The notes under the pieces: generated by a model
Seen by the model: only the letters and a program-made list of their open reading frames with translations
Databases searched by the model: none
Told to the model about the DNA's origin: nothing
Translations under genes and position numbers: made by a program
Part shown: positions 26,051 through 40,217 of the stretch, piece by piece
How the letters are laid out: the number at the start of each line of letters is the position of its first letter
Position numbering within the stretch: position 1 is the stretch's first letter
Origin: the human T2T-CHM13v2.0 reference genome, Homo sapiens
Assembly: GCF_009914755.1 (NCBI RefSeq)
Contig: NC_060933.1
Strand: one strand, 5' to 3'
Length of the DNA: 64,000 nucleotides

Positions 26051-27546
26051 TCTAAATTTTTATGCTCGTAATCCGAAACGAACAACCTTATACACTAACC
26101 AAATGAAGAACAGGGAACAGTTTATCACTTTATTTTTTTCAATGAAAGCTGTTCCTTAATGAATCTGGCTAAGATTACAAAAGGTTTTATTGGGAGGCTT
26201 GGAGAACTGTAGTATCTTCGAAACATTTTTATCATTTTCTGTACACATCCCACATAGCACCTTGCTCTGAAGTCACAGCTCTCTTGACAGACTTTAAGCA
26301 GAATGGATATTTTGATGCTTCCATGATTATCATTCCCAAATGGTTTTTTCTTCCATCTGCCAGTCTAATCATCTAAGACAAATCTTGTAGCAAATTGAAA
26401 AACTTGTCATGAAATAAGTCTAACTAAAAGTTACTGCACACAGTTCTGAATTACTTAGGAATGAACTCAGGAATTATCAGCTATAGTTAGAAAGATCCCA
26501 GTTTAGATTTGTACTAATCGACTTGCTGAATTGCTGAAAAGGGACATACTCAGATGTGTTTTCAGTGGATGCTTTCCATGGCTTAGGCTAGGGATAATTC
26601 CTGTATTTTTGAATGAAAGCCACTTGATGGGTAGAAAAACAGATTCTCAAGCTATGTCATAGAAGTGTGTTACTAAAATATTTGGAAGGTGACTTCTATA
26701 TCTAAACAAATTATAAGTCACCATAAACAGATATTATAGGAAGTTGATAAAGCAACAATGGCAAAAGGAAAGAGAAATTTTTTTAAGTTTTAATCATTTT
26801 CTGCAACTTGTCTAAGAAATCTGCTTCTTTTAGTGCAATTCAACTTAAACTAGAGGAGTTAACTGGCTTTGCCCACATTTTTCTCTTGCTCTCTTAAACT
26901 CTCAGGAGATTTTCTTGCTGAGGCAGGAGCCCAGGACCTGCCTTGAGGCTTGAAGCTTCAGGAGATAAGCACAAAGCCTTGCAGGTTACATTTTCCTAAA
27001 CCTTTCAATTAGCTAAAATGTTTTTATTTAAGATGTGTTGGCTCTCAAAAGCAGAGGCGGAGCCTGCTCTGCCATTCAAAATGAACGTAGAGATGATGAG
27101 ACTGCTCAGTTCCTACTCATTTCCCATGACTGTGTTCAAACGGATGTGCTTAGTTCTTGGTAAAGAGTAAAATGCCTCTTCCTTCTTCTGTGCCTAGTCC
27201 AGATCTTTGAAGTCTGATGTCTGCAAAGCTCTGCAGTGCCGGAGCTGTCAGGCAGTTTGCCACCCTCCTTCTCCACCTATCCTGTGTTTCCCAAACAAGG
27301 TTATTTCTTGAGGGCTACCCTTTGTTTTAAATATCTTACAGTCATCCAAGCATGGTAAAGCAATTTTGGATCATTATATAATTTTTCCACAAAATTCAAT
27401 AGGCATTTATAAAATCTGTTGTGTTTGGCATTGTATTTGGCCTTAAAGAGGAAACAGAATATTTGGAACATAGTCCCTGATGAATGCAAGGATCTCTCTT
27501 GTTTACCAATAAAAAAGAAAAGAAATTATACAGATACAAGAATTGG

Positions 27547-27682
27547 GGCCGGGTTTGCCATCCCACATCTATCAATGGCTCACATCTATAAATTCCAGCA
27601 CCTTGTGAGTCCAAGGTGGGAGGATTGCTTGAGGCCAGGAGCTCAAGAGCAGCTTGGTAATATTGTGAGACCCCTATGTCTA

Positions 27683-27715
<33 letters not shown>

Positions 27716-27885
27716 ATTAATTAGCTGGGCAAGGTAGCAGGCACCTGTGGGCCCAGCTACTCAGGAGGCTGAGATGGGAGAATTGTGTGAGTCCAGGAGT
27801 TCAAGGCTACAGTGAGCTGTGATCACACCAGTGCATTCCAGCCAAGACCCTGTCTCAAAAAAGAAAAAAACAAAAAACAAGAAAA
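27547..27885 (+). mobile_element. Alu (AluJ-type) with expanded middle A-tract
   Basis: 'ggaggattgcttgaggccaggagctcaaga' and 'ccaggagttcaaggctacagtgagc'. Confidence 0.9.
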
Positions 27886-29022
27886 ACACAGTTGGAACAT
27901 ATCAAACAGTAGCATGTAAATAGAAGAAGGCAAATTGTGCTACATATAAAAATGAGGCAATCTACATGATTTTTGACCATTTCAACTGTGTATTTCTTTA
28001 ATGTGCATAAATAAAAAGCCTCAGTTCTTTTGAATGCCTTCTTTCTTACTCATTCTGATCTTTAGTGTGTAATCCATAAAAGGCCATTGGGCCCTCCATA
28101 AATCTTCTTTAATTCAAAGCATAACTCTCAGAGTTCAAAAACTGAGCAGATTAGCTATTGCTGCTCCTCACTGAAATTGTCGGTGTATAAACGTCTCCCT
28201 GGAGTCACCACTACAGTCGGCATAAAAATAAATCAAAAGTCAGCTATAAGTTCCAATGATTTATCAATGAGTTTTTTAATGGTGTGTGTCTGAATTATAG
28301 CATTTTTACAAACCCCACCACCAGTTGCTATTTTCATTAGTTCATAGCATTTCTGAGTTTATGTATGTATATAAATATATATACATACACGTATGTGAAT
28401 TTGCATCTATAAATTTTGCATTTCATAATGACATATTCTTTGCCACTAGATCAGCTATACTATTTTTGGAAACATTACTCTCTACTTGGAAATCATAACC
28501 TCTTAGTCAATCTGAATATGACTTCATAACTTTTATAGTTTTTACCCATACTTTTGCACAACCTTACTGTGATTGCAAAATAGCTCTGTGTGGTTAAGGG
28601 GAAAAAAAGAGAGTAACTTTGCATTACATACCCTAAAAATGCTTCGGAGTCTCTGTTTGGGTATTGGGATCTGGATATGTCTGATGTGTCTGTGTGCTAG
28701 TGTGAGCAGAAAATCTAAGAGGTTAAATAAGTGACGGTTTCTAAACCAAAACTTTGACTCTATTGCTTCTCCAGTTGCTAATTAAATTAAAGTCGAATAC
28801 CCAGAACAATGCTTCCAGGATTCCCTCAATCCTGGAAAAAAGATTAACATTAACTTAAAATGCAGAGCAGCATTAATTTTATTCATTAGGCCTAAATAAT
28901 GCTCTTATTAATTTATCATTCCCCTTTAGAAGGAGGGGTCTAAAAGTTCTATTGTTAAATGATAAGGATTTTTTCATTAAAATTTTTTATTCCATTTAAA
29001 TTCTCTATTGACATGATAGTAA

Positions 29023-29355
<333 letters not shown>

Positions 29356-29374
29356 TAAACAGGACTTCTTAAAA

Positions 29375-29510
29375 TTTTATATACACAAAAACCACCTGGG
29401 GATACTGTTGAAATGCAAATACTGATTCAGAAGGTCCAGAGTTGGGCCTGAGATTGCGCATTCTTAATAAGTGCCGGGTGGTTTCTAGACAACATTTTGA
29501 ACAAGATTTT
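29375..29510. mobile_element. MER5-like hAT-Charlie MITE fragment
   Basis: 'cacctgggga...aaatgcaaat actgattcagaaggtc...gggcctgaga...gcattcttaataag'. Confidence 0.65.
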
Positions 29511-31620
29511 AAAGTATCTAAGCATGTATTGCAAAGCTTCACCAACAGCATTATTTTTCTGTGACCCACAATGGCTTCCCAAAGTGTGCTCGCCTGAGTT
29601 CTCCTTCTGATGCCAAGTTCAGCATTACTCACTCTTTTCTTACTTATATTAGAGGTTGCTAATCCAGAAGAATGTATCAATAAACCTTCCTATGGACTTG
29701 GAACTGATCTAGTTCTAACTTTTCTCCAGGTGTGTGTTTGTACAGACCTTAAAAATATTCTAGCGGTGTGTAGAAAACTAAAGCATGCTTTAGACACATA
29801 TTTTGTGCATTTAAAAGGGTTTCATGTGACTTACTCCTGGGATCTCATCCCAAACTGCCTATACTGTTTCCCTAATCCCAAGCATCACACAACTAAAAGA
29901 GGCTTGTGAATTCCTCTATACCAGAGACACTAAGCCAAGGCCAATCCATTGTCTTTCAACTTCTCCTTGCACCAAGCACACATCCCTTGAGCTAGAACGA
30001 AAATTGTACATCTCAAAGGGATAAATAAATGTTTGCTGAAGGAGATTGAATGAGAGGGGCAGAAAGTTGAGGCCCCTTGTACCACTAACAGAATTGTAAG
30101 TACTTTTAATTGGGCAGGAAGTGGGTTAGAATGATTAGCCCCATAGTGATTTAGCCATAAATGATCTGTACAGACATAAAACAGGCTGAATGGGTCATAT
30201 GACATTTGGATATATTAGGTCCCTACAGAGATGGTAGGGAAATGGTGCCAAACTGCCCAGATGCGTACACTAATCATTGAATGCCAGAGAGACTACGTGG
30301 GCCAGAGATGTGGAACAATGGTTACATGCCCTCTACTAGGTGTACACACTACACACATGCCACACCTGTGCCATCAAACCCTGGTCACCTACTGGACAAT
30401 ATCCACAAAGTAGATTTCATTCAAGACAGACCTAGGGGACCAGCTCAGGTTCAGAAATGCCCCAGAGGTGTTTTTACTTGTTGAGATGTTGAATTCATAT
30501 GTCCAGAATGCAGATGCAGTAGAGTGCTGCTTAGGATGACTTTCAAGAGTCTGGCACTGTCAGAGGCAAATCCCATAAAATATCCCATTATTGGAAGAAA
30601 CTAAAAGTGTATCAGTGTGGCTCATTTTTCACAAGTCTCTCTTAGACTAAGCTTGTACATATTCATTCAGAGACAATTATGAGCATCCTTTGAAATGTTT
30701 AAAGACCCAGATTTCTGAAATTTGGAAGACACTGCACTGGGGATAAGAATTAATATATAGGACTCTATACTAGAAACTCAAAATCTTAGACTTGGAAGCA
30801 ACATTAGAGGTCATTAGTCCAAACTGCCACTCAAAGCTGGAATCCTCTTTGCTACATTCTTTGGCAGATGGTCACCCAGCCTCTGCTTGAACATTTCCAG
30901 AAGTCTTCACCTTCTTCCACCTTGATAAAGAAAATTTCTCAGCTGCCCCAAAGTCTTCTGTGTCTGAAGTCAACAGCCCCACTCTCCTAACTTTTCTTCC
31001 CATGACCAATCCTTACCCACCTAAATGAGTAGCAAATTATCAAGATCCTTGTAAAAATGTGACCTCCAGGACTGAGCATGGTACTCATATGACCTGACTA
31101 GTACAGATGCAGCACAACTAATATCTATATAGGCTGGGTTGTTTTTTAAATTCATGTAGCATAAAAGTGTACAGTTTTCCACCAGCCATGACACTTCTGA
31201 ATTTTACAAAGTTTATAGAAAACTGAAAGCCCATAGCATTTTCACATGAAAAATGGTAAAACTCTTTCTTACTCTCTATTGGATGATGAATTTTCCTTTT
31301 AAACCTAAATTCAGAATGTGACATATATCTCTTTAAAGAGGCCAGCTCATTAACTTTGGTCTGTTGTTCTGGTTGAAAAGAATTTTTTTTTAGCTACTCA
31401 TCTCAGTTGTGTGCCAACCATAGATTACATAAAATAATCTCTTTTGTGTCTTTAATCAAATCACTGATGAAAATGTTGATCAGACCAACCTCGAGTCTTT
31501 CACATATCTCTTTATATTGGCATTAATATACTAGTTTCTATAGACCTACTAGAGAGCCCAGCACATAAGAAGTGCTCAATAAATGTTTGTTGAGTTAAAT
31601 GTATAGGTTTTCACCATGTA

Positions 31621-31891
31621 TGAATCTTTCAACTAGCATCTTACGTAGCTTACATTATTCTATGTTTCCCGTAGCAAATAACCAAAAATTATCAAATGCT
31701 TTGCTAAAATAGTCATATAGTAGAAATGAGCACTAGATTGAGCCAATAAAACCCACATTCTGAATCTTACGTAGCTTACATTATTCTATCTTTCCCATAG
31801 CACATCACCAAAAATTATCAAATGCTTTGCTAAAATAAAGTAGCCATATAGTAGAAATGAGCACTAGATTGAACCAATAAAACCCACATTC
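31621..31891 (+). repeat. Tandem duplication, two copies of about 130-140 bp
   Basis: Copy 1 is 31621-31760 and copy 2 is 31761-31891; shared 'atcttacgtagcttacattattctat...ccaataaaacccacattc'. Confidence 0.95.
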
Positions 31892-33949
31892 CAGTGGTTG
31901 CTTGCTGAGGGCCTCAGATAACCTCTTTTATTGTCCTTATTTCACCTTTGTTTGAAAAACGGGAATCATTAGTACCGGCTCTGAAACTCATACAATTATT
32001 ATAAGGATCAAGTGTGACAACATATGTGAAGATAGTTTATAAATTATTTGTAGCACGATGGTTCTTCTATGAGTTAAAATTATGCCTGTACCTTTAGTTG
32101 TGGGATTTAGTGTCTTCAGACAGTAGCAAGTGTCCCTGCCTCCTTTGTTACCAATCTTGCTTTAGCTTTTGAAACTTTGACTACAGGAAACTATGTAGAG
32201 GTTTTAATTTGCATTTACTCAAAATATGCAACACTGTCTAATAGGATTAGAATGAAAACATTTTCATCTTTCTCACTATTTAAATCTTTTAAAATAACTT
32301 TGGCTAGATTTTTTTTAACCAACAAAACCTCCTGTTTGTTTTAAAAAGAATGGGGAAGTATAAATCCTGTAAAATGTGAATAGATGAGTAGGCTTTTATA
32401 AACCCTTCCCGTGCTGACTACAACTAAAAACAAAAACATAAAAACTTCATTTGTATGATTTTATCACTCAAAAGTTGTGGACAGTTTTAATGACAGTACA
32501 TTAATTCTTAATATAGATTCTGTTGGAGGCCTATAATAACCAAAATGGTATCAATGTGTGCGTTCTTTCCCCTAAAAGAATAAATGTCTTTATGAAGTGA
32601 AACATAACAGAATGACTCCATATTTCCTCAGGCCTAGATTGGATAATTTTATTTATGAACTATAATATAAATTATTGGAATGTCTTAGGGTCTTCAATGG
32701 GTAGATTTAATGTAATATTGCCATTAAGAAAAAACAATTTTGAACTTCCCTGATGCGCTGAAATTGGGGAAGCCAAATTGCTTTTAATAGACTTGATCTT
32801 AATATATGTAAAGATGGTGATATACCTGAGCTCAAACTGGGCAACTACTCAGAAAGGTCGAATTCAAGGCAAAATTTGAAAAGGAAACCATGATTTTATC
32901 ACCAGTTTTATATTAATCCCAGAGATCTGAGCAGAAAACTTCATTTATTCACTCAAAGCTAATTAAACCTAACTACTGGCTGCAATCTAAACTACACACT
33001 TAAGAGTAGACTAGGAAAGTTTTCAAATAGTTCCACAAGTTTTAACAAAATGACTCATAAAATTGTAACAGATCTGTTCCACAATGTGTATATGTCCTGA
33101 CATATAGAAAATGGAATTTCTACTGGATTCAATACAGAATGTGTCCATATAATGCTTTGCTGTTTAGGGGAATGCTAATTGCAATTCTCATATCTTTTCA
33201 CCAATCCAAAGAGCTGTTAGAAACTGTAAATTTTAGTGTTTCACACAGGTAGGTTATCATAACAAATCATCTAGCCAGGAGATGCTGAACTTTTATGTAA
33301 CTTTTCCTACACAGGAAGAATAGCTCGTAGATCATAGCTTCAGCAGCTTAGAAAAGAGCAATTATAGAGGGAATACATGTGTATATTTAGCCCTACGTTT
33401 AGTTCTATCAAGGCAGCTCTTAAGAGACTCTAGAAGTTTTTAAAATTATCTTATTTAAAAGAATTCAGGGTCATAAAAGCTTTGGGCAAGGTCCTTATGG
33501 GCCCATTTTCATGAAAAAAACAAGAGGCTGTGCTCGGTTAGTAAAGAAGAAATGATATTATTCCCAGAAGCTCCACCATGCATCCCTTCTGTCTCACCTC
33601 CCAACCACAAAAATTAAAATTCAATTTCGGCAAATTTTTATGGAAACCTACAGTACGCCTGGAACTATTGTATACACTCTGTAGTAAAGAACAAGATAGA
33701 CAAGATTCCTCATCTTCATGGAGCCAACTTTCTATTAGAGCAGGCAGGTGGGACACATGAGAACAGAAAATGAGAAAAAGAAAAGAAAATGTTCAAGAGT
33801 AATAAAGATTTTGAAGAAAATAAAATAGGTAGAATACCTGGACAGTTCCTGTAGATTAGGCAGGTGGTTAGAAAATTCTGCAAGAGGTATGGCATCTCTA
33901 TCCTGAAGACAGAGTGATATTTTGGAAATGCAGTTGGTTAATGTCACTC

Positions 33950-34300
33950 CCACCCTGAATTGAAACACTCAAATGGCTCCTACAGTCTTTTACATGACTT
34001 GCCTGCCCTGCAAGATCTGGCTGAATCTACCTCTCCCATCTCATTTAGTACCCTTCCCCAGCTTGCTGGTATCACCTTATTCAGTATTCAGTTCTAGGTG
34101 CTTCTTCAAGATCATAACCACAGTTGAATTTTTCATGTATGTGATTCTTCGACTGGTGTCTAAGTCAACTACTAGACTGGGAACTCCATGAAGACAGGGA
34201 CCACATCTGGCTTTGATCACCACTGTATCCCTAACACCTGGTGCAACATCTGGGTCACAATAGATGCTAAATGCATGCTTTGTAACTTGTGAATGCATAA
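33950..34300 (+). mobile_element. L2 LINE 3' end
   Basis: 'ctagactgggaactccatgaagacagggacc...caccactgtatccctaacacctgg...atagatgctaaatgc'. Confidence 0.75.
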
Positions 34301-34911
34301 AAGAGTCAAAGAGGGAGTTGAGATGTCATGGCACAGCATTTCCAAAAACCAGTCTGCTCTAGGATTATACAGTCTAGTAATTCTTTTCAAGAATCATTTT
34401 TAGAAAGGCTTATTGCTCACACAGTTATGGTATATTGAGTGCCTATTGTACAAGGACTTATATTAGATACTTTAGGAAATAAAAAGATGAAAATACATGG
34501 CCTCTGTCACTATAGAATTTATATCTTTAGTCTCTTCATAAGTGAGAAAACCTTAAGGTAGACTTTAGCAAATATTCATTTATTTGTCCAACCAATAAAT
34601 GTGCCAGACACTGCTCTGGGGATGTCATGGTGAGTCTCTGACTTCACAAAGTTGTATTCTAATGGGGAAACCAGAATTGTTCAAATACTCACACAAATAT
34701 GTAACTGCAACACTGATCTGTGTTATGAAGGAACACACTACTATGAGAATATATAGGAGGGGTTGGAAGTAGGGGCTCTGATCGATTTGGTTAGCTAGGA
34801 GACTTGAAGTCCAGGGAAGGGTTCTGACAGAGAGTATTCTAGGAGGAAATGGAAGTGAACTGGACCTTTGAAGAGATCTGTGAGGCCAGGACAGAGAGCA
34901 GAGGAATGTGG

Positions 34912-35225
34912 TGTATTAATCCATTTTCACAATGCTGATAAAGACATACCCAAGATTGAGCAGGCCTCACAATCATGGCGGATGGCAAGGAGGAACAAGT
35001 CACATCTTACGTGGATGGTGGCAGGCAAGGAGAGGGCTTGTACAGAGAAACTCCCAGTTTTAAAACATCACATCTCATGAGACCCATTCACTATCACGAG
35101 AACAGCACAGGAAAGACCCGTCCCCATGAGTCAGTCATCTTCCACGGGGTTCCTCCTACCACAGGTGGGAATTATGGGAGCTACAAGATGAGATTTGGGT
35201 GGGGTCATGGAGCCAAACCATATCA
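34912..35225 (-). mobile_element. THE1 (MaLR) solo LTR with internal deletion
   Basis: 'tgtattaatccattttcacaatgctgataaagacatacccaaga...gccaaaccatatca'; flanks tgtgg/tgcag are compatible with a decayed TGCGG TSD. Confidence 0.92.
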
Positions 35226-35699
35226 TGCAGTTAGAAAATATTTGACCTTTTACTTTAAAGAGTAGGTAAACGTGTTTAAACAGATAATTTTGCATAAAGC
35301 TGGAAGGGCAGGCCAGGGAAACAGCAAGAACCAGATTTAACAGTAATAGAATTGGGGGCACCCTGGAGGGTTTGCAGGGGTCTAGATTGGTTTGAGGATT
35401 ACAAGTCTGAAGGAGGCTAGGGGGAAATAAGGGCAGAAGTAGAGGCTGAAGAAGATTGTGCAGGACTGTAAATGCTCGGGGAAGGATGTGGGGCTTGCTT
35501 TAGGAGGAGGTGTCCAGCCACTCACCTCTTCCATTTCCTTCTTTCACACCTCTCTATGGTCAGTGTCAGAGAAAGGCATGGCTCTGGACCACATCCCATG
35601 CACCTCCTCAAGCACATCACTCTTTTCATGCTCTGCTCTTTTCCCAATATCAGCATCCTCTTTCTTGCTCTTGTTTATTTCACTTCTACTCAGTTCTTT

Positions 35700-36800
35700 T
35701 CTGATCAGGGGAACACTTGATTCTGTATCCTTCTTTACCTTGCACCACGTTGGCTCCCTTTATCTCAACAGACAAGCTCCTTCAAACAGTATTCTGCATG
35801 GCCTCTCTGCACTTCCCCAATTGCCCAGTATGTCTCCAGTCCACTGCTCCTTTAAACTGCCCTTGCCCAGGTCACCCATGGCCTACCTCTGTGTTGCTCA
35901 GCAGACACTTTTCAGCTCTTATTTTACTTTACCTCTCTATGAGTAATTGATGCTGCTGATTCCCCCCTCCTCCTGGAAAATCCCTCTTTAGTTTCCAGAA
36001 CCACATCATTTTTTCTCAGCCATCATCATGGAATCCTTTCTCCTACACTGTATTATACAGCATTACCTGGAAGCAGACTCTGAGGTGGAGAGCTTCCTGC
36101 AAAAATGTTTGTTGCAGAGTGCCCTTGAGAGATACACCCGTAAGGAAGGCAGGAGCAGTAGGTGGAGGGAAAAGTTGACCCACCATAAAGTTGTAGCCAA
36201 CCCTAACAGACACTCTAGAGCTAAAACAACCCTTCAGAACTGTCTCAAATTGAAGCCAGGGTGGCTCAGCCTTGTTATCTGAGCATCAGCCAGTCATTGG
36301 CTGTGGGTCACCATCTAGGATGGTTGTAATCTTGGACAAGGCAATTCTCGGTGGCTAAGAGGGATTCACATGGAGGGGGACACTCTGCGCATCAAAACTG
36401 AACTCACTATCTCCACTCCAACCCTCTTGCAAATCCACTGCTTATCTTCATTTCCCAACTTCCTCAATAGCAGCAACAGCATCCACCTACCTAGGCTGCC
36501 AGAGCAGTCTTCTCTCCATGTCCCGTGTCCAAATAGTCACCATGGCCTGTAAATTTTACATCATTCATATATCTTGTATTCAATCCCTTTGCTCCATCCC
36601 CAGTGCTGCTAGTTTTGTTCAGAGTCTGATTTGTCCCTCCAGTTTCTTCCAATGAGACCCCTTCTTCTAGTCATGACAGACTGCAGTCTATTACTCTGTT
36701 TTGCACAATGCTTAAAATCCTTAACTGCCTTCTCACTGCTACAGGGCCAAGTCTGAACTCCTTAGGATGTCACAGAAGTTGTCTACTGACCTGCCTTCCT
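35700..36800 (+). mobile_element. L2 fragments interrupted by an old MLT1-like LTR (about 36050-36380)
   Basis: L2 motifs 'aaaactgaactcactatc' and 'tgcttaaaatccttaactgcc'; MLT1-like 'ggaagcagactctgaggtggag...agtcattggctgtgg'. Confidence 0.55.
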
Positions 36801-37619
36801 AACCACCCCCACCACCTCCCTTTCTGAATTCTTTTTGAACTTGCTTCTAGCTAACTGGCTTTCTAGGGTCTGAGTTACAGAGATAACTTTTGAGAGTTAA
36901 AGAAAGCTACCCACAATACTAGATCATATTATATTTGGCAGTGATTTCTTCTCAGTGACAAACAAAGCTCTTGACCCAGAACAGTGATAAGCAAGGCATT
37001 TCATTAAATACCAGTATTAACCCCAGGAGATCACATGACCTTTTGAGCTTCCCAGCTTTGGCAAGAACACAGCCCCTGCCTGCTAGCTGGGCTAATCTGA
37101 GACTGAAAGTTGCCACTAAATCCTGATTAAGCATGACTTATGCCCCCAGCTGTTAACACTGATACACTCGCAGTGCCAAGACCAGGCGCCATTCCCCGGG
37201 CACTTATACACCCCTGTCTGCTAATGCCCGCTGCTGTTGCTGCCTGCTGGAACGGGAAGGAGAGGATCAAGGTCACTCTTGAGTCAGTGAGGAGCCAGGG
37301 AACTTTTGTTAACGCGTGCTTGATGGTGGTATGCTGGGTTTTGTTTATTCTCTGCATCAGGCCAGATAACATCAAGCAGAATCTAAAGTCTCTTCATTGG
37401 CGTTATGTGACCTGAAAGCATTTACTGCACGTTTCTAGTCTTAATCATAGGAAGAGAAAGGAGGGGGAGAGATGGAGAAAAAAAAAAAGGATAGGAATGA
37501 TAAGAGAAATAGAGGGAGAGAAAGACTATCAACAGAACTTGTTATTTTTGAAAAATAACTTCTGGTGAAAATGGAGCTCCTCTCTGGAAAACACAGGCCA
37601 GTTTTGCTTTCAGAGTAGG

Positions 37620-38450
37620 GAGCTCGCCTTTTGATCTTTTGCTAGGAACCCAACACCGTCAGGGCAGCCACCCCCACGGACAGCTGAAGGCGGCCTCCCA
37701 GCCCCTCGGGTGGCCAGGGATGTTTTTGCTTTGGTGTCAGCAGGACCTGACGGCAGTATTTTGGAACCAAGGCTGGCTTCCTCCTCTCTCCGGCCCCATC
37801 CCCTTGCTCGGGTTTCAAGCGTGTCCCTTCCCGCACTGCCCTCTTGCATTCGCTTTCTTCTCGAGCTCGTGAATGTTACCCTAGAGGGGGCTGCAGCACC
37901 GCAGGCTTCCTCCTCGCCGCCACCATTTGCTGTTGTTGGCTGCGGCTCCGGGTGCCCGGCGCCAACTCCTCCGCAGCTAGTGAGGACCCTGCACTCAGCT
38001 TACCCAAACAGACGAGCCGGCGCAGAGTCTGCACACGCCGGGCAGCCCCTCTCGCTCACCCTCACAATTCTGAAAATGGAGAGGCTCATTGCACCACGTG
38101 CATTTCCCCAAGTGTGCACGGTCCACTACACCCAGGCACATGCAGCCTCGATTCACACCGGCTTAGCTCCAGTCCCGAGCCTTTGTCCCCCACCCGCATT
38201 TATGCACACTCCCCTGCTGCCAGTGATGGGTTGTTGACAGGTTTTTTTTTTTTTCTTTTTTCCTTTCCTTTTATTTTCAAAGTATCCATATTGGTTTCCT
38301 GCAAAATTCCTTTGGAGGCTTCCTGGACGTTGCATTCCGAAAGCATCTTACGGAACATGGTGTCGTCTTCACTACGTCATGACCGCCCTGCCAGGGACTT
38401 GTGTGTCCTGCATTGGCAAATTCCAAGTCCCTCATCATGGTCTAGAAACA
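37620..38450 (-). promoter_or_regulatory. CpG-enriched promoter / alternative first-exon region of an unidentified (probably minus-strand) gene
   Basis: Only GC/CpG-rich non-repeat block in the window; minus-strand donors AGG|gtaaca (37880), TGG|gtaagc (38004), AGG|gtgagc (38060); E-box CACGTG at 38095-38100; CRE-like 'tacgtca' near 38373. Confidence 0.7.
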
Positions 38451-38559
38451 AATCACCCCCGGTTCCTATGTCTTCATTTTCCTTTCATGTGTTCCAGTAA
38501 GGCATTAAAGAACAGATAACACTGTAACACTGAATTTGCTCATTGTTATTCCTTACTGA

Positions 38560-38913
<354 letters not shown>

Positions 38914-40217
38914 TTATAATAACTTTTTTAAAAAATGAAGACTTAAAATTGTATTTTGTTCACTGCTGTATTCTCAGACTCTAATGTAGTGCCTGGCTCT
39001 TGAATGCTTTATCAGTACTTATTGGAGGAATGTCAGGCAAGTTTCTAGGCACTTTATATTATTATCCCATTTCATCTTCATACAGCCGTTTGATAGATGA
39101 CAAAAGGATAATTTGTGTGTCCAAGGTCATATAATCAGAAAGTGGTTGACTCCTGATTCCTCGTGTGGTCTGAGCCTAAGTTTTTAATCTATAGTACACT
39201 ACTTCACACCATCCAGTAACTTACTATGTGTATTCAATTTTAAATTTGTACTCAATTTTAAATCTTCCTCAAACACCCTGAGATATGCTCACTGTGGTGC
39301 TAGCTAGCTAACCACTGCAGACCCTGCTTAAAATTCTCTTAAAATGTATTTATTATGTTTTTGGTAATATTCTCAGGTAGACTTCCTTGCATTATTCTTC
39401 TTGATTATGCTTTTACACATACAGGAGTTCTGCTATGGTACAATATGCATTTCTGGAAAACACCTTGCATCCTGGGAAACACACACTAGAACCAGACTCA
39501 TGAGAAAATTAGATCGAGGTAGACCCCTCAGTACCCATGCAACTTTGTGAACAGAACACCCACAAAAACAATAACAAATCTGTAAAATCACTAGTACAGT
39601 TTAAAAGATGTGTTAGGTTTCTATAAATACTACTATAAATATAGGACTCTATCTTAAAACGTAAAAGTTTAATGACAGGGGAGATAAGGACCCATCCTGC
39701 TCATTCAATAAGCACAAGACACTGCAATCAGCATCTAGGATGCTGTAATTGGCCTAACAGTCCTACTTTATGAAAAGTATTTTAGGTTAAATTTTTAGGT
39801 AAATAAAAACAACACTTTATTTTAGTAAACACTAGACTTTATCAGATGTATAATATATATATATTATATATATCTTTAATTCAAAGTCAAATACTTCTTT
39901 TTTATAAGTAGGCTTTCCTAAAAATTACCGCAATTTTAATATGATGCATCATTTTGAAGAGATGGTCATATTTAAGGGCCATTTACTTTTTCCAGTAATT
40001 ATTACTGACATATGAAAGTGGAAGAGGGGAAAATCAAGAGCTTTATTTTTACTTACCAGACTACCAGGAATTTCTTAACTTCAAAATCTATTTGGTTGAG
40101 CTATTAATATTTTAGCAAATAGGTTAATCTTTTTCTTAACACCATTTGTAGACCCATATTAGCGGCTCATCCAAACAAAGAACAACAATTTATGACAGGC
40201 AAAAGAGAAGAAAATGT

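Noticed and set aside
37600-38450. Assigning a gene symbol to the putative promoter
   Set aside because: Neither candidate N-terminal peptide nor the sequence matched any gene I can recall with confidence.
37710-38500. Long plus-strand ORFs of 175 and 218 aa
   Set aside because: Non-ATG starts, GC-rich stop-poor DNA, a poly-T tract translated as poly-Phe, and no recognisable domain.
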